The position numbers and the translations under genes are program-made. A model generated the notes under the pieces. That model had not been told where the DNA came from and did no database searches. It worked only from the letters and a program-made list of their open reading frames with translations. Below are positions 1 through 10,099 of a stretch of DNA of 64,000 nucleotides, piece after piece. Within the stretch, counting starts at the first letter, position 1; every line of letters starts with the position of its first letter. Source of the stretch: an uncultured Chloroflexia bacterium (lineage in GTDB: Bacteria > Chloroflexota > Limnocylindria > Limnocylindrales > CSP1-4); assembly GCA_963734535.1 (NCBI GenBank), contig CAVTHS010000008.1, positions 288,001 to 352,000 of the forward strand, in the 5' to 3' direction.

Positions 1-2
1 GC

Positions 3-299
3 GGCGGAGCGTCGCTCGGCGAGAAGACCTTGCTCGACGCGCTCGTCCCGGCCACCGACAGCCTCGAGGCGGCGATCGGCGACCCGGCGCTCCAGGGCGA
101 CCACGCGGCGGCCGCGCTCCAGCGAGCCGCCGACGTGGCCGTGAAGGCGGCCGAGGAGACGAAGGGCATGCTCGCGATGCGCGGCCGCGCCGCGTACACG
201 GGCGAACGGAGCATCGGCTCCGTCGATGCCGGCGCAACGGCGATCGGCGTGATTCTCCAGGCAGTCAGCGCCGCTTGGCGCGAGAAGCACGGGAAGTGA
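3..299 (+). CDS. dhaL: Dihydroxyacetone kinase ADP-binding subunit L (5' truncated by window edge)
   Basis: GGASLGEKTLLDALVPA and GRAAYTGERSIGSVDAGA DAK2 motifs; followed by dhaK. Confidence 0.92.
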   Translation, partial: GGASLGEKTLLDALVPATDSLEAAIGDPALQGDHAAAALQRAADVAVKAAEETKGMLAMRGRAAYTGERSIGSVDAGATAIGVILQAVSAAWREKHGK

Positions 300-309
300 G
301 GCAGAGCGC

Positions 310-1305
310 GTGAAGAAGTTCCTGAACGATCCGAAGCAGTTCGTCCCCGAGTTCCTGGAGGGCATCCAGCTCGCCAGCGACGGCGCACTCAAGTACGAGC
401 CGAAGTACAACCTGATCTACCGCGCGGACGCTCCGAGCGACAACAAGGTCTCGATCATCCAGGGCTCAGGCTCGGGCCACGAGCCGGCGCACACGATGAT
501 CGTCGGCAAGGGCATGCTCGACGCCGCCTGCCCGGGCGACGTCTTCGCCGGACCGCCGGTCGACTTCGTGGTCGAGACCTCGAAGCTCATGAACTCGAAG
601 AAGGGCATCCTCCACATCGTCAACAACTACACCGGCGACAGGGCCGCGTTCGAGATGGGCCGCGAGCTCTGCGAGGCCGAGGGTCTGCGGATCGAGACCC
701 TGCTCGTCAACGACGATGTGGCCGTCAAGGACTCGACCTGGACCGTTGGCCGGCGCGGCGTCGCGGGCAACTTCTTCGTGATCAAGGCCGTCGGGGCAGC
801 CGCCGAGAAGGGCGCCGACCTCGACGAGCTCATGCGCATCGGGAACAAGGTCGTCGCCAACGTCCGCACGATGGGCATCGCGCTCAGCTCGTGCACGCCG
901 CCGACCCGCGGCACGCCGCTCTTCGAGATCGCCGAGGACGAGATGGAAGTCGGCATCGGGATCCACGGGGAGCCCGGCCGGCAGCGGACGAAGCTGGTCC
1001 CCGCGACCGAGATCGTGGACCTGCTCCTCAACGCGATCGTCCCCGACCTGCCGTTCAAGGACGGCGACGAGGTCGCCCTCATGATCAACGGCCTGGGCGG
1101 CACCACGATCGCCGAGCTCTACCTCCTCTACGGCATTGCCCACAAGAAGCTGGCCGCGAAGGGCATCAAGGTCTTCCGCAGCTACGTCGGCGAGTACTGC
1201 ACCTCGCTCGAGATGGCCGGCGCGCACATCTCGATCCTCAAGGTGGATGACGAGATCAAGGACCTGCTCCTCGCCCCGGCGGACGTGTCGTACCGCGTCT
1301 TCTGA
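310..1305 (+). CDS. dhaK: Dihydroxyacetone kinase subunit K
   Basis: GSGSGHEPAH, NYTGD, GRRGVAG, GIGIHGEPG, TSLEMAG DAK1 motifs. Confidence 0.95.
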   Translation: MKKFLNDPKQFVPEFLEGIQLASDGALKYEPKYNLIYRADAPSDNKVSIIQGSGSGHEPAHTMIVGKGMLDAACPGDVFAGPPVDFVVETSKLMNSKKGILHIVNNYTGDRAAFEMGRELCEAEGLRIETLLVNDDVAVKDSTWTVGRRGVAGNFFVIKAVGAAAEKGADLDELMRIGNKVVANVRTMGIALSSCTPPTRGTPLFEIAEDEMEVGIGIHGEPGRQRTKLVPATEIVDLLLNAIVPDLPFKDGDEVALMINGLGGTTIAELYLLYGIAHKKLAAKGIKVFRSYVGEYCTSLEMAGAHISILKVDDEIKDLLLAPADVSYRVF

Positions 1306-1316
1306 TCCCGGCAGAT

Positions 1317-1348
1317 CGAAGGGGCCGGCCCGGCGGCCGGCCCCTTCG
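1317..1348. terminator. GC-rich hairpin between convergent genes, likely terminator
   Basis: CGAAGGGGCCGGCC-cggc-GGCCGGCCCCTTCG, 14-bp perfect stem just after dhaK stop. Confidence 0.7.
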
Positions 1349-1361
1349 CCGTTCGTTCGCG

Positions 1362-1682
1362 CTACCACGTCCCGGCGGGGCGCCGGACCGGATCGCGGCC
1401 CAGCTGCCCGGCGGGAAGATGCGCTTCCAGGCAGACCACCCCGGCAGGGCCCACCACGGCGTCGTGGTCCACGCCGGCCGGCAGCTCCAGTCGATCGCCG
1501 GCGTCGAGCGGAATCGTGCCGGCACGTCTGGGGAGCCCGAACGTGATCGAGCCCTGGACGCAGACGATGACCTTGTCGTAGCCGTGCCGGTGGGCCGCAT
1601 ACACGTCGCCCGGTCCGTTCCGCCACGTACCCGGCGCGAGGCTCTCGGCGCGCAGGCGCGCCGAGAGGTCCGGCTCCCCCAT
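1362..1682 (-). CDS. Cupin domain protein
   Basis: YAAHRHGYDK..GSITF..L.AGDRLELPAGVDHDAVVG cupin pattern. Confidence 0.8.
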   Translation of the reverse strand: MGEPDLSARLRAESLAPGTWRNGPGDVYAAHRHGYDKVIVCVQGSITFGLPRRAGTIPLDAGDRLELPAGVDHDAVVGPAGVVCLEAHLPAGQLGRDPVRRPAGTW

Positions 1683-1695
1683 CGCCGTGCCGCTC

Positions 1696-2949
1696 CTAGG
1701 CGACCGAGACGCCGATCACGTGCCCGACGAGGTACGTGATGGCTGCCGCCGCCGCGCCCAGGCCCACCTGGCGGAAGCCCGAGAAGAGCAGGCTGCGGCC
1801 GGTCAGGAGGCTGACCAGCGACCCCACCAGGAACAGGGCCGCGAGGCTCGCCACGAAGCTCGTCACGAAGATGACCGTGCCACCGCCAAACAGGTACGGG
1901 ATCACGGGCACGATCGCACCGAGGCAGAAAGCCAGGAAGGATCCCCCGGCGGCCGCCCACGGCGAGCCGAGCTGCTTCGGATCGAGGCCGAGCTCCTCGC
2001 GGACCATCGTGTCGAGCGCGGTCGCCGGATCCTCGAAGACCTTGTCCGCGATGTGGCGCGCGTCCACCTCCGGGATCCCCTTGGTCACGTAGATCGCGAC
2101 GAGCTCCTCCTTCTCCTCCTCCGGGATCGCCTCGAGCTCCGCTCGCTCCAGCGCGATCTGGCGCTGGAGCACCTCGCGCTGCGACTGGACGGAGATGTAC
2201 TCGCCGGCGGCCATGCTCGCCGCGCCGGCAAGGAGGCCAGCGATGCCCGACAGGAGGATGAACTTGGTCTGGTCCGTGGCGCCGGCGATGCCCATCACGA
2301 GCGAGAGGTTGCTCACCAGCCCGTCGCTGGCCCCGAAGACGACCGCCCGGAGCGTTCCCGCGCCGCCGCGGTGCCAGCGCTCCGCGCGCGCGATCTCGTC
2401 CGGCGTCCGCGCGACGCGAGCGCGGCGGACATCGTCGACGCTGGTCGCCGCCGCCATCCCGGCACCCGACGGCGCCGCGGGGACCGGCGTCGGGGTCACC
2501 TCCCCGCCGGTGGGTGCCGTCCCGGCCGCCGGGTCCGCCCGGAGCTGCTCCCACATCTCGGCATGCGCGCGCTCATCGGCGGCGATCGCCTCCGCCTCGC
2601 GCGATGGGGGCCGGCTGGCGTAGATCCGCTCTTCCTCGCCCTCCAGGCCGACCACGAGGTCGTGGACCGCGTTCGTCCCGAAGAGTCGGGCGAGCAGGAT
2701 GATGAAGCGGACCCGGGCCCTCGGCCGGGCCGGCGGCGGGACCTCCGCACCAAGGGTCCGCAGGCGGTCGGCCCAGATGCCGGCGTGGCGCCGCTCGTTG
2801 CCCGCGATGATCCGGAAGGTCTCGGCGCGCCGGGGGTCCTTCTCGATCGCGCTCAGGGCCTCGTAGAGCGCCAGCGCATCCTGTTCCAGGCGCAGGTTGG
2901 CGAGGCTTTCGGCGTGGTCCGCGGGGCGCGGGGCGACGGGTGGGTTCAT
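1696..2949 (-). CDS. Ferritin/rubrerythrin-like domain fused to VIT1/CCC1 iron transporter
   Basis: N-terminal E..A..LY..NERRHA and DERAH; C-terminal LRAVVFGASDGLVSN, SMAAGEYISV; start chosen from TACGAT-6nt-ATG. Confidence 0.88.
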   Translation of the reverse strand: MNPPVAPRPADHAESLANLRLEQDALALYEALSAIEKDPRRAETFRIIAGNERRHAGIWADRLRTLGAEVPPPARPRARVRFIILLARLFGTNAVHDLVVGLEGEEERIYASRPPSREAEAIAADERAHAEMWEQLRADPAAGTAPTGGEVTPTPVPAAPSGAGMAAATSVDDVRRARVARTPDEIARAERWHRGGAGTLRAVVFGASDGLVSNLSLVMGIAGATDQTKFILLSGIAGLLAGAASMAAGEYISVQSQREVLQRQIALERAELEAIPEEEKEELVAIYVTKGIPEVDARHIADKVFEDPATALDTMVREELGLDPKQLGSPWAAAGGSFLAFCLGAIVPVIPYLFGGGTVIFVTSFVASLAALFLVGSLVSLLTGRSLLFSGFRQVGLGAAAAAITYLVGHVIGVSVA

Positions 2950-3055
2950 GGCGGCATCGTACCAATGGCCCGCTGGCGCGGTGGGGCTCCGTGCTATCGT
3001 CGCGCCCGGACGCCGCGACGAAATGCGCGCGACGGCACAGGGGGAGCTTCGGGCC

Positions 3056-4051
3056 GTGACGACGCGAGCCATCCGATACCTCGCCGCGGCGGACGTCATC
3101 GCGTGCATGCCCTCGCTGGCGGATCGGCTCCGGCTGGCCGAGCGAACGCTGATCGGCCTCGCGACCGGCGCCCAGCTGCCCGCCAAGATCGGGGTCCACC
3201 CGCGCCCGGCCGACAGCTTCGTCCACGCCATGCCCGCCCACCTGCGCGGCGAGGCCGAGGACGGGTCGGAGGACCTCATCGGCATGAAGTGGATCGCCGG
3301 GTTCCCCGCCAACGGCCTGGCCGGCCTGCCCGCCCTCCACGGCCTGGTGGTGGTCAACGACCCGCGGACGGGCATCCCGCTCGCCATCCTGGACGGCGGC
3401 CCGATCACCTCCCAGCGCACGGCCGCGGTCTCCGGCGTCGCCATCGGCCGGTGGTCACCACCCGTGGCCGGCCGGCCGCCCCGCGCAGCGATCATCGGGG
3501 CCGGCGCCCAGGGACGCGCCCACGTCCCGGTGCTCGGACACCTGCTGCCCGGCGTCGACCTCGCGATCCACGACCGGCTGCCCGAGCGAGCGGCCGCGCT
3601 TGCGGCCGAGGCGACGGGAGTCCCGGGCATCGGCGCCGCCCGCGCGATCCGCGACCCGCGCGCCGCCGTCGCGGAGGCGGACGTCGTCGTGACGTGCGTC
3701 TCCTTCGGCCCGGTCCGCCAGGTGATGGACTCCGGCTGGTTCGCGCCTGGCGCGCTCATCGTGGCGGTCGACTACGCCACCTCGGTCGCGGCGGACGTGC
3801 CGGTGAACGCCGCCCTCTTCCTCACCGACGAGCGTGGCCAGCTCATCGCGAACCGGGACGCGGGGCTCTTCGACGGCTACCCGGATCCGGACGCCACGCT
3901 CGGTGAGGCAATCCTGGCCGGGACGCCGCGTCCGGCGAGCGGGCGCGTCCTCGTCACGCACCTCGGCGTCGGCCTGGCCGACCTGGTCTTCGCGGACGCG
4001 ATCCTGCGCGCGGCGGAGGTCCGCGGGGCCGGCACGCTCCTGCCCGGGTAG
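3056..4051 (+). CDS. Ornithine cyclodeaminase / mu-crystallin family reductase
   Basis: MKWIAGFPAN, ITSQRTAAVS, IIGAGAQGRAH, G.GLADL; GTG after GGGGAG. Confidence 0.88.
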   Translation: MTTRAIRYLAAADVIACMPSLADRLRLAERTLIGLATGAQLPAKIGVHPRPADSFVHAMPAHLRGEAEDGSEDLIGMKWIAGFPANGLAGLPALHGLVVVNDPRTGIPLAILDGGPITSQRTAAVSGVAIGRWSPPVAGRPPRAAIIGAGAQGRAHVPVLGHLLPGVDLAIHDRLPERAAALAAEATGVPGIGAARAIRDPRAAVAEADVVVTCVSFGPVRQVMDSGWFAPGALIVAVDYATSVAADVPVNAALFLTDERGQLIANRDAGLFDGYPDPDATLGEAILAGTPRPASGRVLVTHLGVGLADLVFADAILRAAEVRGAGTLLPG

Positions 4052-4115
4052 GGCACACTTCGACGCACCGTGGTACCCGCTGGGGGACACGGCCCGGCGT
4101 TCCAGGGAGGGAGTG

Positions 4116-6789
4116 GTGCGCATCCTCGGTCGCCTGCTGGCGGGCCTGCTCATCGTGGTGCTCATCGCGCTCGTCGCCGCCGGCGGCCTGCTCGCGTGGG
4201 TGGGCGCCCGCGCCCTGCCCCAGGCCACCGGCACGCTGCGGGTCGCCGGGCTTGCCGCGCCGGTCACGGTCTACCGCGACGCGGCCGGGATCGCCCAGAT
4301 CGTGGCCGACTCCCCGGACGACCTCTTCTTCGCGCAGGGGTTCGTCCACGCATCGGAGCGGATGTGGCAGATGGAGGTCTTCCGGCACATCGGGAGCGGC
4401 CGGCTCGCGGAGCTGTTCGGGAAGAGCCAGCTGGACACGGACCGGTTGATCAGGACGCTGGGCTGGCGACAGGCGGCGGAGCGCGACCTGGCGGCGGCCC
4501 CGGATGACGTCCGGCGCGCGCTCGACCGGTACGCCGCGGGTGTCAACGCGTGGATCGCCGGGCAGCAGGGCAGGATGCCGCTGGCGTTCGTGGTCGCGGG
4601 CCTCCAGGCGGGAGCCGGCGCCGGCCTCGGCGGCTATACCCCGGAGCCGTGGCAGCCCATCGACTCGGTGGTGTTCGGCAAGCTCCAGGCCTGGAGCCTG
4701 GGAGGGAACCTCCGTGCCGAGATCTTCCGCGTCCTGAGCGACGCCCGGCTCGGCAGCCCGGCCCTGACCGACGTGCTGGCGCCGGCGCTCGGGACGGACG
4801 GCCCGGTGACCGTGCCCACGGGCGCTGCCGGGTCGTTCGGGGCGGGCTCGAAGCTGCCGCTCGCGACCGGCGGCGGCCTGACCGTGAGCTTCGGCCCAAC
4901 GCTGGGCACCGGAAGCGCCGCGGGCGCCGGGAGCGCCGCGGCCGCCGCCGTAGCGTCGACCCCGAGCCCCGCGGCCGTCGCCGGCCTCCTCCGCATCGAC
5001 GCGGTCGCATCCGGGATCGGGGAGCTCGCCGGGCTCGACACGTCCGACACCGCGTTCGGCCACCCGGGCGATCGGCTCCAACGACTGGGTCGTGGCGCCG
5101 TCGAAGAGCGCGAGCGGCCACGCGCTGCTCGCGAACGACCCCCACCTCGGGATCCAGATGCCCAGCATCTGGTACATGAACGGGCTGCGCTGCCGGACCG
5201 TCTCGGCCGCCTGCCCGTTCGACGTGCAGGGCGTCAGCTTCCCGGGCGTTCCGGCCGTGATCCTGGGCCACAACGCGAAGATCGCGTGGGGCGCAACGAA
5301 CGTTGGCCCGGACGTCGAGGACCTCTTCGTGGAGACGCCCGATCCGAAGAACGCCGCGAACTACCTGTACAAGGGGGCGTCGCTGCCGTATACGACCCGC
5401 CAGGAGACGATCAAGGTCGCGGGCGGCGATGCGGTCACGATCACCGTCCGCGAGACCATCCACGGACCTATCCTCTCGGACGTCGACGACGACCTGAAGG
5501 CGACCGGCACGCTGTACGCGCTGCGGTGGGCCGGGACGGCGGCGCCTGACGGGCTGCTCGAGTCGTTCTTCCGCCTCGACACGGCCGGATCGTTCGACGA
5601 GTTCCGGGCCGCGCTGCGGACCTACGGGGCGCCGTCGCAGAACTTCGTCTACGCCGACGTCGCGGGGAACATCGGGTACCAGGTGCCGGGCCACATCCCC
5701 ACCCGACCCAAGGGCGACCTGGGTGATCGCCCGGTCGACGGTGCCTCCGGCGCCCATGACTGGACCGGCTGGATCCCGTTCGACGACCTGCCGGGCTCGC
5801 TCAACCCGCCGGACGGCATCATCGTCACCGCCAACAACGCCGCCGTGGACGCCCGCTACCCGTACCTGATCGGGCGCGAATGGGACCCGGGCTGGCGCGC
5901 CACGCGGATCCGGCAGCTCCTCGACGAGGCGGTCAAGCGCGGCGGCGTCACGCGTGACGATCTCTCTGCGATCCAGACCGACACGCGCCTGCTGCGCGCC
6001 GATGCGGTCATCCCGGCGCTCCTCGCCGCACGTCCGACGAGCGCGGACGGCAGGCTGGTCCAGGACCTGATCCGATCGTGGGATCGGCGCTGCGACCTCG
6101 ACAGCCGCGGTTGCAGCGCCTACGAGGTGGCCGAATGGCGCCTGATGCGGTCGATCTACGACCCCTGGCTCGGCGTCCTTGCGCCGCGCTACGTCGGCTC
6201 CCCGCATTCCAGGGTCGCGCTGCGCGCCCTTCTCGCGAACCCCGGCGCGGTCTTCTGGGACGACCCGAACACGACCGCCGTCGAGACGCTCGAGGAGCGG
6301 GTCGCGGGCGCACTCGACGCGGCGGGCAGCGAGCTTCGCACGGCGCTGGGCGACCCGAGCCGCTGGGCCTGGGGACGCCTGCACCGGACCACGTTCCGGG
6401 AGCAGACGCTCGGCGAGAGCGGGATCGGCCCGCTCGAGGCGTACTTCGACATGGGCCCGTACGGAGCGCCAGGGACCAGCGACGCGGTCGACAACATCAC
6501 GACCACGCTCGGCGCGTGGTACCCGGACCCGAAGAAGCCCGACGCGAAGCCGGGCACGCTCTTCGACGCGTTCGCGGCCTCCACGATCCCGTCATACCGC
6601 CTGGCGATCGACATGGGAGACCTGGACGGTGCGCGGATCATCCAGACGACCGGGCAGAGCGGCAACCCCCTGGACCGCCACTACGGCGACCTCATCGACG
6701 ACTGGCTCGCGGGCCGGACGCTCCCCTTCCCGTTCACGCCGGACGCCGTCCGGAGGGCGGCGGTCACGACCCTGACCCTCGCACCGTGA
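4116..6789 (+). CDS. Penicillin acylase family Ntn-hydrolase, membrane-anchored; frameshift near 5070
   Basis: FAQGFVHASERMWQME alpha-chain motif; GSNDWVV/LLANDPHL beta-chain start restored by removing one base at about 5070. Confidence 0.88.
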
Positions 6790-8051
6790 ACGACCCGGCG
6801 CCGGCGAACCCGGCGGACCTGCCGACGAGCTCCGACGTGTGCGTGGTCGGAGCGGGCGTCATGGGCGCCTGGACCGCGTTCTGGGCGCAGGCCGGAGGCG
6901 CCGGGCCGGACGAGGACTGGGGCGGCGGCCGAAGCGTGACGCTCCTCGACGCATGGGGCGCGGGGCACCTGCGCGCCACGTCGTCCGACGAGCACCGGAT
7001 CATCCGGAGCGCCCACGGCGAGGATCGCTTCTACGCGCGCTGGGCCCGCCGCGCGCTCCGCCACTGGGAACGATTCGAGGAGGAGTGGGGAGTCCGCCTC
7101 TTCCACCGCTCGGGCGTTCTCTGGTTCTCCGCGTCCGATGTCGGCTGGGAGGCCGATTCCGAGGCGACCCTGCGATCGCTGGGGATCCCGGTCGAACGGC
7201 TCGATCCCGCCGAGGTCGCGACCCGATGGCCGGTGATCGATCCGGCTGGCTCCGCCTTCGGCGTGTTCGAGCCGGAGGCCGGCTTCCTGATGGCGCGGCG
7301 CGGGGTGGCGGCGACGGTCGCCGCGTTCCAGCGCGCGGGCGGCGCCTATGCCCTGGCGGCCGTGCGGCCGGGCCGGTCGGAGGGCGGCCGCCTCCTCGAC
7401 GTCGTGGACCAGTCGGGCCGCCGCTGGAGCGCCGGCTCGTTCGTCTTCGCGGCCGGGCCATGGCTGCCGAAGCTCTTCCCCGACGTCGTGGGGGACCTGG
7501 TCGCCGTGACGCGCCAGCCGGTCTTCTACCTCGGCCCCGGTGAGGGCGATTCGCGCTGGCGCTGGGACGTCCTGCCCGCGTGGTCGGACGACGCGGGCGG
7601 CTGCTATGGCATCCCGAGCGTCGACGAGCGGGGGTTCAAGATCGGCATCGACCGGGTCGGGCCGCGCTTCGACCCGTCCAACGGCGAGCGGATCACGGAC
7701 CCCGACGACCTGCGCCTCGCCCGCGCGTACCTGCGCCGGCGATTCCCAGGGCTCGCCGAGCGGCCCGTCCTCGAGACGCGGGTCTGCCAGTACGAGTCGA
7801 CGCCCGATCGCCACTTCCTCATCGACCGGCACCCGGCCTGGGAGAACGTGTGGCTGGTCGGCGGCGGTTCCGGCCACGGGTTCAAGCACGGGCCGCGCAT
7901 CGGCGAGTACGTGGTGGGGCGCCTGGACGGGCTGCCGATCGGCGGCCAGGACGGCAGCGACGAGGAGCGCTTCCGGCTGGGTCCGCGCGTGGCGACACGC
8001 GGCCCGCACCTGGCCTCGGACGCGGTCGTGGGGTCCTGGCCGCTCTTCTGA
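6786..8051 (+). CDS. FAD-dependent oxidoreductase, monomeric sarcosine oxidase (MSOX/SolA)-like
   Basis: VVGAGVMG, CQYESTPDRHFLID, GGSGHGFK; GTGA overlap with upstream gene. Confidence 0.85.
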   Translation: MNDPAPANPADLPTSSDVCVVGAGVMGAWTAFWAQAGGAGPDEDWGGGRSVTLLDAWGAGHLRATSSDEHRIIRSAHGEDRFYARWARRALRHWERFEEEWGVRLFHRSGVLWFSASDVGWEADSEATLRSLGIPVERLDPAEVATRWPVIDPAGSAFGVFEPEAGFLMARRGVAATVAAFQRAGGAYALAAVRPGRSEGGRLLDVVDQSGRRWSAGSFVFAAGPWLPKLFPDVVGDLVAVTRQPVFYLGPGEGDSRWRWDVLPAWSDDAGGCYGIPSVDERGFKIGIDRVGPRFDPSNGERITDPDDLRLARAYLRRRFPGLAERPVLETRVCQYESTPDRHFLIDRHPAWENVWLVGGGSGHGFKHGPRIGEYVVGRLDGLPIGGQDGSDEERFRLGPRVATRGPHLASDAVVGSWPLF

Positions 8052-8147
8052 CGCCGCGGGCATGCAGGCAGGGCTGGTGCACCCGGACCGCGCGCCCCCC
8101 GGGCCAGGCCTCTCGCCGCAGCCTGCCCGGCGTGGGTCCGCCGAGCG

Positions 8148-8533
8148 CTACCCCGGGAACTCGATGATCAGCCGGCCGTCCGCGACGGTGACGGGGTAGA
8201 CCGCGAGCGGCTCGTCCGCGGGAGGGTCCAGCGCGTCGCCGGAGTCGAGGTCGAACCGCGAGAGGTGGAGCGCGCACGTCAGCGAGCCGTCCGTCAGGAA
8301 GCCCTTGTCCAGCTCGAAGTACTCGTGGCTGCAGATGCCCTGGACCGCGTGGAATGCGCCGTCCACGTTGACCACGAGGACGGGCTCCGTGCCGTCCACC
8401 CAGGTCATCAGCATCGTCCCGGGTTCCACGTCCGCGGCCGCGCCCACGTCCACGCGACTGGCGCGCCGGCCGCTCCAAGCACCGCCCCGTCCGTCGCGTC
8501 GACCGCCGCCCCGACCGGCAGCTCGGCACTCAT
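8148..8533 (-). CDS. Rieske-type [2Fe-2S] ferredoxin of suf locus; probable N-terminal frameshift
   Basis: CSH...CALH ligands; in-frame ORF 8148-8453, ATG at 8533 is one base out of frame. Confidence 0.8.
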
Positions 8534-8545
8534 GCCGTCACGCGA

Positions 8546-10099
8546 TCACGCGGCGGATGCGTCCTCGTCGCGGCGGTGCGCCCACTTCGCCTCCAGGAGT
8601 CCCCACAGCCGCTCGCGCTCGGACTCGAGCGGGACCCGCGCCACGACCGGCTCGAGGAAGCCGAGCGTGATGAACTTGCGCGCCTCGTCCGGGGTGATCC
8701 CGCGGCTCTCCAGGTAGAAGAGCTGGGAAGGGTCGATCGGCCCGACGCTGCTGGCGTGCGCGGCGCGCTTGCAGTCGGGCTGGTCGATCTCCAGCGACGG
8801 GATGGTCACCGATCGGCTCTTGCGATCGAGGATCATCCCGAACTCGCCGAGGAAGCTGTCCGTCCCGCGAGCCGTCTGCTCGATCGAGATCAGGCCCTTG
8901 ATGTACGCCCGGCTGCCCTGCCCCAGGACCGCCTTGGAGAGCAGGTTCCCGGTCGTGTCCTCGCCGACGTGGCGCGTGTACGAGGTGAGGTCGAAGAGCT
9001 GGTCGGTGCCCCCGAAGACGATCTCGACCTGCTCGACCGAGCTCCCCTGCCCGACCAGGCGGTTGTCGATCCGCGAGCGCACGACCCGGCCGCCGAGCTG
9101 CGCCAGGGCGAGCTTGAGCGTGGCGCCGCGGCCGAGCGTCGCCGCGCGCTGGTGGAGGAGCGTCGTGGAGAGCGGCAGGTCCTGGATCGAGGCGAACGAG
9201 AGCGTCGCGCCCGCACCCAGGTGGATCTCCGTCGTGGCGCCGACCAGTCCCTGCGGGACGGGCTCGCCGGCGGCGCAGGCGATCGCCGGGCCGGGCGCGA
9301 CCTGGTCCTCGATCACGGCAGCCGAGGCATCGCTTCCGAGCCGGATGATCGTCCGGCCGATCAGGGCGCGATCCGGCGTGCCCGCGGCCCAGCGGAGCAG
9401 GATCGGGCGCTCGACCTGCACGCCGTCCGGGACGTGGAGATGGATGCCCTGGCTCCAGAAGCCGCGCGAGAGGGCGGCCAGCTTCTCGTTCGTCGGCAGC
9501 GGCGTGGCGATGAGCGCGTCGCGGATCCCCGGCGCGTCGCGGGCAATGGCAGCGCCGAGCGTCTCCAGGACCACGCCGCGCTCGACGAGGCCGGGCTCGA
9601 GCGCAAGCCGCACGACAACGTCGTCGCGCAGCTCGATGACGCCCGCCGCCCCCTCCGGCAGCGATGCGTCCGAACCGGCGGCGGGCGCGTCGGCGCCGCG
9701 CAGGAACGGTTGCGCCCCGAACAGGTCCGCGGCACGGAAGTCGACGTAGGAGGTGTACAGCTCGCTGGTCTCCACGGGCAGCCGCGCGAAGTCCGACGCC
9801 GCCGCGGCGCGATCCTCGCGCAGCCAGGCAGGCTCGGCGCGCTGCTCGCCGATCGCGGCCGCGAGCGCCGCGTCGGCGAACGTGAACGGGAGCTCGGCGG
9901 GTGGGCGCCGGGCACGCGCCGTGGCGGGACCGGGTCGCGCCGCAGCGGTCGCCGCAGGCGTTATCGCCGCAGTGCCCGCCGGGACGAGGGCCGGCGGCTG
10001 GTTGCCGGCCCGCGCCGCATCGGCGGTCGGGGGCTGCTTGCCGGCCGGCGATCCGCCGTCGGTGGAGGACTCGGCCCCCGCCTCGGTGGGGACCGTCAT
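8546..10099 (-). CDS. sufD: Fe-S cluster assembly protein SufD with low-complexity N-extension
   Basis: IPSLEID..CKRAAHASSVG, LFYLESRGI..EARKFITLGF; overlaps sufB stop. Confidence 0.88.
   Translation of the reverse strand: MTVPTEAGAESSTDGGSPAGKQPPTADAARAGNQPPALVPAGTAAITPAATAAARPGPATARARRPPAELPFTFADAALAAAIGEQRAEPAWLREDRAAAASDFARLPVETSELYTSYVDFRAADLFGAQPFLRGADAPAAGSDASLPEGAAGVIELRDDVVVRLALEPGLVERGVVLETLGAAIARDAPGIRDALIATPLPTNEKLAALSRGFWSQGIHLHVPDGVQVERPILLRWAAGTPDRALIGRTIIRLGSDASAAVIEDQVAPGPAIACAAGEPVPQGLVGATTEIHLGAGATLSFASIQDLPLSTTLLHQRAATLGRGATLKLALAQLGGRVVRSRIDNRLVGQGSSVEQVEIVFGGTDQLFDLTSYTRHVGEDTTGNLLSKAVLGQGSRAYIKGLISIEQTARGTDSFLGEFGMILDRKSRSVTIPSLEIDQPDCKRAAHASSVGPIDPSQLFYLESRGITPDEARKFITLGFLEPVVARVPLESERERLWGLLEAKWAHRRDEDASAA

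Noticed and set aside
466-3906. Long antisense or alternate-frame ORFs (e.g. 466-1626, 1687-3906 and many similar)
   Set aside because: Arg/Pro/Gly-rich shadow ORFs expected in high-GC DNA, overlapping well-supported genes
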